From NCBI RefSeq assembly GCF_009914755.1, contig NC_060936.1: a DNA stretch of 64,000 nt; one strand, written 5' to 3'. The number at the start of each line of letters is the position of its first letter. Within the stretch, counting starts at the first letter, position 1. This DNA is from the human T2T-CHM13v2.0 reference genome, Homo sapiens. Shown here piece after piece: positions 31,495 through 49,787 of the stretch. Below the pieces are notes generated by a model. That model saw only the letters and a list, made by a program, of their open reading frames with translations, was not told the DNA's origin and did not search any database. The translations under genes and the position numbers were made by a program.

Positions 31495-31725
31495 ATATCT
31501 CAAAATCCATATTTATTATTAAGAAAGAGGATCAAATTGACAAATTTGTCACCATCCCATGTGGTGTTCCTATGCAGGGCAGTTCTGCCCAATACCCGAA
31601 AAAGACATCCGGCTTCCGTGGCTTTTTTAGAAGAGGGTTGTAGGTGTGGTAAGCAGTGGTGAGTGGGGAAGGCCTGTGACTTCAACGTGGATGATAAAAG
31701 TAATCCTGCTATTGTGCTATCTTTC
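31495..31725 (-). other. Candidate terminal exon (stop 31711-31709, poly(A) signal 31517-31512)
   Basis: Acceptor tatttgttatttcag|G; AATAAA on the minus strand ~210 nt later; 3' end approximate. Confidence 0.45.
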
Positions 31726-32904
31726 CTGAAATAACAAATATGCAGTCTTGTTATTTCCTTTGGCACAACGTAATCCTACTACCTCATGCGCTCTCACATT
31801 TTTGTCTTAAATCCTTTCAGGCACCATTGGATTTTTACAGTACTTATTTTTAATTCTCCTCACCCACCCACTATTCTTCACTTCATCCTCTCAGCTTTGA
31901 GAGTACGTTGATTTAAATTTAGTAGGGGAAGAAAAACATGCATGCTGTTATTTTTTAAATAACACTGAACCCCTTTCAAAGGCAGCATTCATGTGCAGGT
32001 ATCACTTATCATTAAGGGATTATAAAGGTTCTGAAAGAAATATTTTAAAAACTGACAAAAATTACTTGTGGGTTATATTATTTACTATATTTTAAAGTTT
32101 CATGATTTTTCATGAAACTATCTGGTTTGTAACTCAAAGGTTGAGTGTTATCAAGATTTAAAAATACATAATCTTTAATATAGTACAGACAAATGAAAAG
32201 TCATGCCTGCTGTATTCAGAGTAATTTAATATAATTCAATTCTGTAACACCATCATAAAGAAGGATTAACAGTTCAACAGCTGCACCGTAAATATAGCAA
32301 TTATTGTTGTTGAAATTCAGGATTCTATAAACTACCCCCTCACACTGAACTGTATCAAAGCAAATAGAGAACAGTTGTTGACTCAATACAGGATTAGGAA
32401 AGGATTTTTGCCATTACATCACTTAGATCATAATCCTTATAATAAAGTCAACCATTGCAGTGTTTGCAAACGATCATAGGACTGACCTTTTTACCTAAGA
32501 TGAAAGAACCCATCTGGAGAGATCACATTACAGCAGCAGCCTTTGTTGTCACTGTCATATCCCATCTCAGCATTTCATGGTAGGCATTCCCATCTTGTAT
32601 GAGTCAGTTTATCAGGGCTTACTAGGACTAGATTTAAGGGCTGAGAATTAGTAGGCAACCATTTACATTATGACTTGGAGGATTCCGGAAAGGATTTCCT
32701 TCACCAAACATATCTCCTCTATAGTCTATTAGGATATTTGAAATCCAGGCATTCTCAACTTTCTGACATTTGTATCGCTGAACAGGCTAGTTGGTTCTTT
32801 TTCCAAAGTACAAGACTTGCAGAGCTGGCCCCTGACATGTGATGAGGCCCCTAATCCAGTCATGTATGCCTTTTCTTTTTCTGCTACACAAAGGTGACAT
32901 ACTT

Positions 32905-33145
32905 AGAGAAAAAAGGCAAAGGAGCAGAAAAAAATGTGAATAATGACTGAAAACTTACATTTGATGAAAAACATTAATCTTCATGTCCAAGAAGCTCAAC
33001 ATCCAAGAAGCTCAACAATCTCTAAGTAGGATAAACTGAAACAGATCCACACCTAGGCACATCAAAATCAAACAAAGGATAAAGAGAAAACTCTAAATGT
33101 AGCAAGAAAAAAACAATTCTTCACCCAAGACCCACAATAAGATTA
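32905..33145 (+). mobile_element. Old L1M ORF1 fragment
   Basis: tccaagaagctcaac ... cacacctaggcacatc ... aaagagaaaa typical of L1M ORF1. Confidence 0.6.
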
Positions 33146-35133
33146 CCACGCTTTTTTTCACAAGATGGTGGATTACACCCTTTTAGCATGCCTCAGTCAC
33201 TTGGAAATAGCAAGATAGTGCATAAAGATCAACTCTGTGGCATTAATTCAAGAAGGAAAATGGGGATTCACCAGAATCATGAAGGACACCTCAGATCCCA
33301 GAGAGGAAAATGTGGGCAAACGGACCCCATGAAAGCATCTGGCTGAGAAAAGTGAGTGAAACCCCAGTATGTGAGACAGGCAGACAGCCTCCCTCTGTTA
33401 CTTACCTTTCCACTGGGGATCCGAGCAACCCAGGCCAAGGGAGGACACCTTGTTTATCCTAAGCCTTGCAGCCAACCTGGGGAGGAGCTTGGAGATGCTA
33501 TGAGAAAAAAGACACTGGGGAACACTACAGGCATTTTCCCAGACCTGGGACCAAAAGCAGGATGTGTTTTAACCCAGGGACATAAAGTCAGCCATTCTTT
33601 AGCAACCTGGCAGTGTAGCCATGCAGGCATTTTAGTCTCAGGTCAGAGACTGGAGTGCCTGCTCTAGAGTGGCATAGGGGTCTCCAGAGCTAGAACTATG
33701 AAAAGTACCTCAGCAGTAGGCACTGGAATTTTGTTATTCCCCATTGCAAGACTAGGATGGGATGGGAGCTGCTACCACTGCAGTTTCTCCTGAGCAGCAA
33801 GACTTGCAGCCAGGGTCAGCTTAGTGACTTGGAACCAGTCTGTGCACGCCATTTCTGGGTGCTCCATCCTGTTCCCCTGAGATCATGGTGCAGTGGGGCC
33901 CTATCCACTCTAGCCACAGGCAGAAATCCAGGCATTTGGAGTACCTGTTTGCCTGGACCAGCAGCCTGAGCTGCCCCACCCTTCATAGACATAGATCAAG
34001 ATATAGTGGGGCCTTTTCTGCTCCATGCCCAGGCAGATCTCCAGGCATTTGGAGGACCCATTTGCTTAGTTCAGCAGCTTGAGCCACCTCAACCTTCCTG
34101 AGTATAGATTGTGGTGAAACGGGGCTTTCTCTGCTCCACAATAGGCAGATCTCCAGGTATTCAAAGTACCCACTCACCTGGATTGGCATTCTGACCTATG
34201 CCATTCTTCCTATATAGAGATCCTGGTGAAGCAGGGACCTCTTCACTCCACACCCAGGCAGATCTCCAGGCACCTGGAGTGCCCCCTCTCCTGGATAAGG
34301 AGTTTAGGCCATCCCCCATCCCTGTGCAGTGAACTTGGGGCTAAAGAGGTTTCCCAGCTCCATGCCTAGGTGCACCTCTAGGTACTTGATGGCTGCTCAC
34401 TGGATTCTCCCTCAGCACTTGTGCTTGTCCCTGGAGCCTGTAGGCAGACTCGCCTGGTCCAGCTCCATCCATCATGTCCCCCACTCACCAGGGGCTAAAC
34501 AGGAAGCTCAGACCACTGTGCACTCCATGGATCAGCCCATTTACCTGAAGCAACAGGGAGCTTCTCCCAGTAAACAAAGGTCAAGTATATCCCCAAATTG
34601 GCTGCAACCAGCTCATACCTATAAGTGCCATCTACAGGCTTAGAGTTTGAACCGCACAGCCCAGTATAAAAGTTGCCATCAGAAGTGCATACAGCTATAG
34701 AAGCAAAGCCAAACAACTCTACTCAACATTCTCTATAGTTATACCTGCTGGGGAGATGGAAAAAAGGAAAGAGAAAGAAAAAATAATAATAATATAGAGA
34801 AAGAAATAAAAAGAAAATTTCTACCTGCTAGAAAATAAATACAAAATTATAAGTGTCAGCATCTCAGATGAGAAGGAACCAGGGCAAGAATTCTGGTACC
34901 ATGAAAAATATGAATGTAGTGATACCATCAAAGGATTGCACTAGCTCTCCAGCAATTGTTGCTAACCAAAATTGAAACTAAGAAATGACAGATAAAGTAT
35001 TCAAAGCATGGACTAGGAAAAAAAAAAACGCAATGATATCCAAGACAAGGTTAAAAATCAACACAAAGAAACTTCTAAAGCAATCTCTGGGAAATGAAGG
35101 AAGAGATAAACATCCTAAAAAGAAATTAATCAG

Positions 35134-35463
<330 letters not shown>

Positions 35464-36508
35464 TCAATCAGACCTTCTAGAATTGAAAAACTCACCTAAG
35501 GAGTTTCAAAGTACAATTAAAAGTTTTATCAATAGATTGGGCCAAGCAGAAGAAATTACAGAGCTTGAAGACCAGTCTTTCAAGCTAACCCAGCCAAACA
35601 AAAATAAAGGAAAGTGAATGTAAAAAAACGAACAGTCTTCAAGAAATTGTAATTACGTGAAGTGAAAAAACCTACAAATTATTAACATTCTTGAGAGGAA
35701 GAAAAAGTAAACAATCTGGTAAATATATTTTTGAGGGAATAACTCAAGAAAAGTTTCCTAATCTTGCTAGAGAGACAGACATCGAGATACAAGAAATCCA
35801 GAGAACATCTGCAAGATACTATACAAAACAACATCACCAAGGCATATAGTCACCAGACTGTCCAAAGTGAACACTAAAGAAAAAATCTTAAAGGCAGCTA
35901 GCAAAAAAAAAGGTCAGATCACATACAAAGGGAACTCCATTAGGCTAACAGCAGACATCTTAGCAGAAACCTTATAAGTCAGGAGAGATTGGGGGCCTAT
36001 TTTTAGCATTCTTTAAATTGCCAAAGCAATCCTAAGCAGAAGGAACAAAGCCAGAGGTATCACATTACCTGATTTCAAACTATACTATAAGGCTACAGTA
36101 ACCAAAACAGCATGGTATTGGTACAAAAACAGACACCTTAGACCAATGGAACAGAATAAAGAATGCAGAAATAAAGCCACACACCTACAGCCATCTGCTC
36201 TTCAACAAAGTTGACAAAAACAAGCAAAAGAGAAAAGACTCCCTATTCAATAAATTGTGCAGGATAGTTGGCTGGCCACATGCAGGAGAATAAAACATGA
36301 TCCCTACCCGTCACCATATACAAAAGTTAACTCAAGATTAATTAGAGATTTAAATGTAAGACCTCAAACTATAAAAATCCTAGAAGAAAACCTAGGAAAC
36401 ATCAGGCTTGGGAAATAAATTACAACTAAGACCACAAAAGCAACTGCAACCAAAAAATTAAAAAGCAGGAACTAATAAAACTAAAGAGCATAGTAAAAGA
36501 AACTATCA

Positions 36509-41261
<4,753 letters not shown>

Positions 41262-41959
41262 AAAAGAAACTGTCAACACAATAAACAACCTACAGAATGG
41301 GAGAAAATAGTCACAAATATTTGTCAGAAAAAAAATCTGACAAAGATCCAATATCCAGAATCTATAAGGAACTTAAACAACCCAACAAGCAAAAAAACAA
41401 ATAACCCTGTTAACAATTGGGCAAAAGACATGAACAGACACTTCTCAAAACAGACATACAAGCAGCTAACACATATACAAAAAATGTTGCACATCACTAA
41501 TTATCTGTGAAGTGCAAATGAAAACCACAGTGAGATAACATCTCACGCCAGTCAGAATGGCTATTATGAAAATGTTCAAAAACAACAGATACTGGCAAGA
41601 CCATGGAGAAAAGGGAATGCGTATACACTGTTGGTGGGAATGTAAATTAGTTCAACCACTGTGGAAAGCTGTTTGGAGATTTCTCAAAGAACTTAAAACA
41701 GAACTGCCATTTGATTCAGCAATCCTATTACTGGGTATATATATTCAAAAGAAAACAAGGCACTCACATGTTCATCACAGCAGTATTCATAATAGGAAAG
41801 ACATGGAATCAAACTAGGTGCCCACCAACAGTGGATTGAACAAAGAAAATGTAGTACATATACACCATAGAATATTACACAGCCATAAAAAGAATGAAAT
41901 CACATCCTTTGCAGCAACATGAACAGAGCTGGAGACCATAATCCTAAGCGAATTAATGC

Positions 41960-43024
41960 CAAAAGCAATTTCAACAAAAACAAAAATTGACAAATGAGAT
42001 CTAATTAAACTACAGAGCTTCTGCACAGCAAAAGAAACTATCAACAGAGTAAACAGACAACCTACAGGATGGGAACAAATCTTTGCAAACTATGCATCTG
42101 AAAAAGGTCTAATATCTAGCATCTATAAGGAACTTAAATTTACAAGAAAAAACAAACAATCTCATTAAAAAGTTGGCAAAGGACATGAACAGACACTGCT
42201 TAATAGAAAATATAAATGTGACAAACAAGCATATGAAACAAGCATATGAAAAAAATCTCAACATCACTGATCATTAGAGAAACGCAAATCAAAACCACAA
42301 TAAGATACTATCTCACACCAGTCAGAATGGCCATTATTCAAAAGTCAAAAAAGATGTTGGTGAGGTTGTGGAGAAAAAGGAAGATTTATACATTGTTAGT
42401 GGGCATGTAAATTACTTCAACCATTGCGGAAGATGGTGTGGTGATTCTTCAAAGGCCTAAAGACAGAAATACCAATGGGATGGACCCAGCAATTCCATTA
42501 CTGGTTATATACCCCAGGGAATATAAACCATTCTATTATAAAGACACATGGATGTGTATGTTCACTGTAGCACTATTCACAATAGTAAAGACATGGAATC
42601 AACTTAACTGCCTATCAATGATGGATTGGATAAAGAAAATGTAGTACATACACACCATGGAATACTATGCAGCCATAAAAAGGAACAAGTTCATGCTCTT
42701 TGCAGGGACATGGATGTAGCTGGAGGCCATTATCCTTAGCAAACTAACACAGGAACGGAAAACCAAACACCACATGTTCTCACTTAAAAGTGAAAGCTAA
42801 ATGATGAGAACTCATGGACACATGAGAGGGGAACAACACACACTGGGACCTAGTTGAGAGTGGAGGTTAGGAGGAGGGAGAGGATTGGGAAAAATAACTA
42901 ATGGGTACTAGGCTTAATACCTGGGTGATGAAACAATCGGTGCAACAAACCCACATGACACAAGTTTACCTATGCAACAAACCTGCACATATACCCCTAA
43001 ATTTAAAATAAAAGTTAAAAAACA
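41960..43024 (+). mobile_element. 5'-truncated L1 (L1PA13-like 3' end)
   Basis: aaaataactaatgggtactaggcttaatacctgggtgatgaaa 3'UTR. Confidence 0.85.
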
Positions 43025-43487
<463 letters not shown>

Positions 43488-44002
43488 TCAAATGACACTC
43501 CTGTTAGCAATAGAGCTTTTGATCTCATTTCTTGCAACAGTTAATACTATCTAATTACTTGGAATATTCAAGAATTCAGAGAATGTTGTTCATGTGAATT
43601 CTTCTTAAGAAAACTAGGGGAAAAACTAACCAATCATGAATGACCAGGGAAACCTCAACAAAAGGACTTCTCATGGGCATCAAATATATCTACCTGTAAG
43701 CTATAAGATGAAAACAATGGGGAAAATAAAGGTGACAGAATAGAATGAAAGTGATATAAGATTTGACGACATAAAACTTTTTTAAAAAGCAAAGATGGGG
43801 AAAGAAAAGGTGGAGGAAAGAATAAGCTCGCTAGTTGCTTTATCAATTATACCTGGCAAACAAGAGATAAATCAAGTTGAAAAATCAAGCTTTAGAAGTA
43901 TAGCATACTTAACAATACAAAAGTAAACACTAAGAAAGACAGTATTATCAACTAAAATTGTATATTTGAGGGGAGGGATGAAGAGGGAAGAAAAGAATAT
44001 AA

Positions 44003-44345
<343 letters not shown>

Positions 44346-44378
44346 AATTATAGATAATTCTAAAGAAAGAAGAGAATA

Positions 44379-44543
44379 GGCTGGATATGGTGGCATGCAT
44401 CTGTGGTCCTAGCTACTCAGAAGGCTGAGGTGTGAGGATCGCTCGAGCCCTCGAGGTCAAGGCCGCAGTGAGCCAAGATTGTGCCACTGCACTGCAGCCT
44501 GGGCAACAGAGCAAGACCCTGTCTCAAAAAAAAAAAAAAAAAA
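44379..44543 (+). mobile_element. Alu right monomer (FRAM/AluJ)
   Basis: Single right arm with A tail. Confidence 0.88.
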
Positions 44544-44662
44544 GAAAGAAAGAAGAAGAAGGAAGGAAGAAGGAAGAGGAGGAAGAGGAAGAAGAGAAGG
44601 AGAAGAAAGAAGAGGAAGAAGAAGACCACGATGAGGAGGAGGAGGAGGAGGAAGATGATGAT
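44526..44662 (+). repeat. Polypurine A/(GAA)/(GAG)/(GAT) low-complexity tract
   Basis: Directly visible, continuous with the Alu tail. Confidence 0.95.
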
Positions 44663-46315
44663 TATGGTGTAATATGCAGCCACTAGAACAAAAAAGAGAG
44701 AGAGAGACCACAAAGGAGAGACTTTTTAAATGTTACACATGTAAGACTATAGAACTATAATTGACCATACCAATGAATGTAGGTAAGTCTTTTACCTAGT
44801 AAAAGAAAAGACATTTTCAGATTGAGTCACAAATCTATGTCACAAACCCAATTCCTATGCTATTCACAAGTCAGGTTGATGTATTGTGCACTTAAAAATT
44901 TGTTGAGGGTAGATTTCATGTTAAACATTCATACAAAATCCACTAAAAAAAAGAGATAGGCACAAGGGAACTTTGAGGTGATAGAAATGTCTATTACCTT
45001 GATTGTGGTGGTGGTTTCATGGGTGTATGCATATGTACAAACTCATCAAATTGTATTTAAATATGTACAATTCTTTGTATATCATTTATATCACAATGAA
45101 GCTGTTTTTTAGAGTGGCACCTTGAAAGCAAAATTATTCAAAAAAGTTAAAAATAAAAAGATGAACCAAAACATATGAGAAAAGTGCAAAACAAAAAGAA
45201 AGTGGTGTTTATAATACAGCATGACAGAAGGCAGAATTCAAGCTAAAAAGATACCATAAATATATAAAGGCACTTTATAATGCTAATGAATACAAACCAA
45301 AACGAAGATATAACAGTGATAAATATCTCTATACTAAACAATGTGGCAGTGATGTTGATGAAACAGAAATCACGGGAGGCACAAGGAGAGACAGATGGAA
45401 ACAGCAGTAGGAGACTTTATTTCATTTCTCTCAGTCCAACTCAGACCAAATGGGCAAAAATAAGAACACACATAAAAAGACAAACAATATAATACATTAG
45501 GTATATTTCTGCTTCTGGACATGCTGGAATTCATAGCAGCAAACTGCTCACACTGAGAACAATTACAAAACCCTGATACATTTTTTTAAAATCATATTTT
45601 CTAATGTATCAGAGAACTGCAAAAGTAAATGATACTAGAGGGACTGAAATTCCAGGGACTAATTTTATAAATGAGTTGAGAATCTGCAGCTGCCTTCTCC
45701 AGGAGATATTTGCCAATTCTGGGCACTGGCTAGAGTCAGAGGATCTGGTCTTGGTCTGGACAGAGGGTCTCTGCTGGAGAGACATAAAAACTAACACAGC
45801 TTTGGGTGGTCATTTAAAACCTGGTTTGACAAAATTGGAAACCTGAGAGCTGGTCTCCCTTCTCAAGGCATTCAGCTAATTCCAAAGATGTACACAGTGG
45901 GAGATTAAAGTGTTAAGCTGAAAACCTCTGAAAGACAGGACAGAAATTCCCACAGTCCATTGGCGCTGAGACCACAAAGACCCACCTATCTCTGAACTAA
46001 AAACTCTGAAGGGACACACACTAGGTATTGGAGCACACACAGGATGAGCCATGAAATCTTTCCAAAACTGCCATTTAACCTCAACTCAGCTCAGTCCCTG
46101 ACTGGATTAAAATGAGTTTTCCCTTTCTTCTACTCTATTTCTTAGCAAAGAAAAACTTGAACTTTCTCTGTTGAATGGCATCATCAACAGGAACCTCTTT
46201 TTTTTTTTTTTTTTGAGCAATTTCCAGTATTGAATGAAAAATTACTGGCATGCAAAGATAAGAACTGTGTGACTAGTAACCAAGAAAAACAAACAGTACA
46301 AAAGGGCTTGTTACA

Positions 46316-46473
46316 ATTAGCCTGTCATGGTCATGTGTGCTTGTAATCCCAGCTACTCAGGAGGCTGAGGAGGAAGGATTACTTGAGCCCAGGAATTCGA
46401 GGTTGCAGTGAGCCATTATTATGGCACTGCACTCCCAACCTGGGTGACAGAATGAGACCCCATCTTAAAAAAG
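46316..46473 (+). mobile_element. Alu right monomer (FRAM/AluJ)
   Basis: tgtaatcccagctactcaggaggctgagg ... gagaccccatct. Confidence 0.88.
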
Positions 46474-47081
46474 GGAAAGGGGTGTTGTTAAGGAGGAGAT
46501 CTATGCAGAGTTTTCCCTAAATACATCTTGGAAATAGGGACAGAGGATGCAGACAAGCATTTGGCAGTTGACAGAGCTCCCGAATCCCCACCGCCAGCTT
46601 CCATCCTATCCTGCACCACCCTGAACTACCAGGAGTGCTGGCCACTTGTAGATTCCCACCTCCCAGGGACAAGACCCACTTTGCCCTTCTAAACTGCTTT
46701 CCCTCATAGCCTAGCAGAAGGGAAAAAAAATTGTATTCACAGTAGGAACTGATACAGGCTTAGAGACAAAAAAGAAGCCTAGTCCAAAATCCCATCCCCA
46801 CCCCTGTCAGCAGTTTCCCAGGCAACTAGTTTCAAAGTTTTTAACTTTCCTTTACCCATTGAGGAGACTTCTAAGTGCCCTCTTTTTCAATTCCTTCTTG
46901 ATTGTGGTTTTCTGAAAATGTTATAGCATAGCCTGAGGCACAGCTGCACTATTTTTCAAGAACAAAGCTCCCTTTGAAGAATAGAGCATTTTTATGAATA
47001 TAAAATAACATAGCTTGGGTTAAAAAATTAAGTAAAATAATTTTTGCATAACCACCCTCTTTTTCTTCTCTCCCTGTTTTT

Positions 47082-47785
47082 TTTTTTTTTTTTTCAACTT
47101 TTAAGTTCAGGAGTACATGTGCCAGGTGTGCAGGTTTCTTACACAGGTAAACCAGGGCCATGGTGGTTTCCTGCACAGATCATCCCGTCACCTAGGTATT
47201 AAGCCCAGCATCCATCAGCCATTCTTCCTGATGCTCTCCCTCCCCGACCCCTCCCTCCGACAGGCCCCAGTGTGTGTTGTTGCCTCCCTCATCATTCAAC
47301 TCCCACTTATAAGTGATAACATGCAGTGTTAGTTTTCTGTTCCTGCATTAGTTTGCTGAGGATAACGGCTTCCAACTCCATCCACGTCCCTGCAAAGGAC
47401 ATGATCTTATTCGTTTTTATGGCTGCATAGTATTCCATGGTGTATATGTACCACATTTTCTTTATCCAGTCTATCACTGATGGGTATTTGGGTTGATTCC
47501 ATGTCTTTGCTATTGTGAATAGTGCTGCAATGAGCATATGCGTGCATGTATCTTTATAAAGAATGATTTATGTTCCTTGAGGTATATACCCAGTAATGGT
47601 ATTGCTGGGTTGATCCCATTGGTATTTCTGTCTTTAGGTCTTTGAGGAATTGCCACACTGTCTTCCACAATGGCTGAACTAATTTACGCTCCCACCACCA
47701 GTGTAAAAGCGTTCCTTTTTCTCTGCAACCTCGCCAGCATCTGTTGTTTTTTGACATTTTAATAATAGCCATTCCGACTGGCATG
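47082..47785 (-). mobile_element. 5'-truncated L1 (L1PA10-12-like)
   Basis: Antisense L1 3' end; TSD ttctctccctgttttt at 47066-47081 and 47786-47801. Confidence 0.93.
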
Positions 47786-48199
47786 TTCTCTCCCTGTTTT
47801 TAATGCTAAATTACAAGGTAAAAAAGAAAAAAAAATCCTAAGAATAAAGACAATTTTCCTTTTACACAACGTCATGCTCACGATTAGAGGGTGTAACTCA
47901 CCAAGGCAGCCAGGTCTTCCTCTACAAATCCCTGTTCTATAGACAAAGAAACTCCTACCCAGTGTCAAAACGCAGAAACTCAGACTTCCTCAACTTCTGC
48001 TGTCTGAAAAATCACATTTTTTCTGCTAAACAGCTTTGTGTAATACTTAATTAGTAATATCTAATACTGAAAATAATATTCTATAAAACAGAGTCATTTT
48101 GTTATTGGCTCATCTTCTGAAAAAAGAATGTGAAACTGCACCTCAGTAGCACCATGACACTTTGGTTTAATTTCTTAAACCAAAAATATTATCACTTAC

Positions 48200-48298
48200 C
48201 TTTTCCTCTTTGGTTCTGATTTTCACGAAAATCAAAACATAGAAACTGGCAGTTTTCTAAGAGTCTCAATTCACAAAGTCCATCTGAAATTTTGGAAA
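48200..48298 (-). CDS. Candidate internal exon 3 of putative 115-aa spliced ORF
   Basis: Acceptor tctttattttag|T, donor AAG|GTAAGT; single open frame SKISDGLCELRLLENCQFLCFDFRENQNQRGK. Confidence 0.45.
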
Positions 48299-49213
48299 CT
48301 AAAATAAAGATAAGCAAATGATTGGTATCCTCAAGCTGTTTTTTTGAACTGCTCTGTCAGGCTGATAGCAGCCTTTAACTTCCAAAGCTATCAACCCCTC
48401 AAATACTTTTTTATGTCTAAAATATTTAAATTAAAAAATTCAAGTCACCTTGCAGCAGTCTTCCTAGCTTGCTCATTATGAACAAATTTCTTCCATCCCT
48501 TTTCTCTCCACTGCATTTTGAGTTCATAGAGTAAGGTGCGCTAACAAGTGGATGATTAAGTCAACTTCATTTTCTGCCCTTTGGGGCTGTAAGGATGATC
48601 TCCTATTGGCTATGTTCTATAGTTACTGAGAAAAGTGATAGATAATCAAGTCCGAAAATAACAAGTGCTGACTACAAGTGCTCACAAGTCCCACCTACTG
48701 TGTGTTCAGCACAAAGCAGAGCCCTGGGGCAAGGGTGGGTGGGGAGAAGCGCAAAGGAAAAATATGGCATCTCCGGCATCAGCCCCACCACAGTGACCAC
48801 CACCCCTACCTCCCAATATGCACATACACACAAAGCCTTCGGGAGTGTGTAGGTTAGGAGAGTTTTTCAGCAGAAGGATTTGACTTGTTCCCAGCCTTCC
48901 CAATGATGACAACATGACTTATGCCATTATCTGCTGTTTCCTCATCTACTCTTCTCCTTCTATCTGTTGCTTCTTTTATATCAGATAGTCAAAATACTCA
49001 GGGTGAACCAGACTAAGAACTATTCCATCTCTAAAATTCTAGTAGATATTTAATAAGTTTAGCATGTATAGCTAGTATGTTTCTAATATAAATTAAATTT
49101 TCAGATAGGAGTAAAAGGAAATAAAGAGATACTGAAAGAAAAATTAGAAAATGGAAGATAAATGAGAATGATAAAGTACAAAACCTTGTTAAAAATGGTA
49201 TCAATGACCTTTA

Positions 49214-49607
<394 letters not shown>

Positions 49608-49719
49608 TTAGTAACAGAGAATGAAGGTGGCCCCCGGCTGAAGACAAACAGCCCAGTCCCCCTCCCCTGCTTGCCCAGTGTGCACAGCCAAGGCAGAAGC
49701 TGGCCACGGCCCTGCTCAC

Positions 49720-49787
49720 GGTCATATTCTTCTGTGGTGACTTTTAGACGTCCTTTCTTCTCGATCTCTGGTGACTTCTGCACATTT
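49720..49787 (-). CDS. Candidate internal exon 2 of putative 115-aa spliced ORF
   Basis: Acceptor ttcctcttttgagagctgtag|A, donor ACC|GTGAGC; single open frame NVQKSPEIEKKGRLKVTTEEYD. Confidence 0.38.

Noticed and set aside
31500-31766. 88-aa stand-alone ORF, and the similar peptides at 29310-29643 and 31440-31643
   Set aside because: The peptide similarity simply reflects the 105-bp inverted duplication. The ATG lies upstream of the acceptor, and the frame differs from the spliced model.
44417-44713. Poly-Glu/Lys/Arg or hydrophobic ORFs
   Set aside because: Translation artefacts of the Alu tail and polypurine tract.
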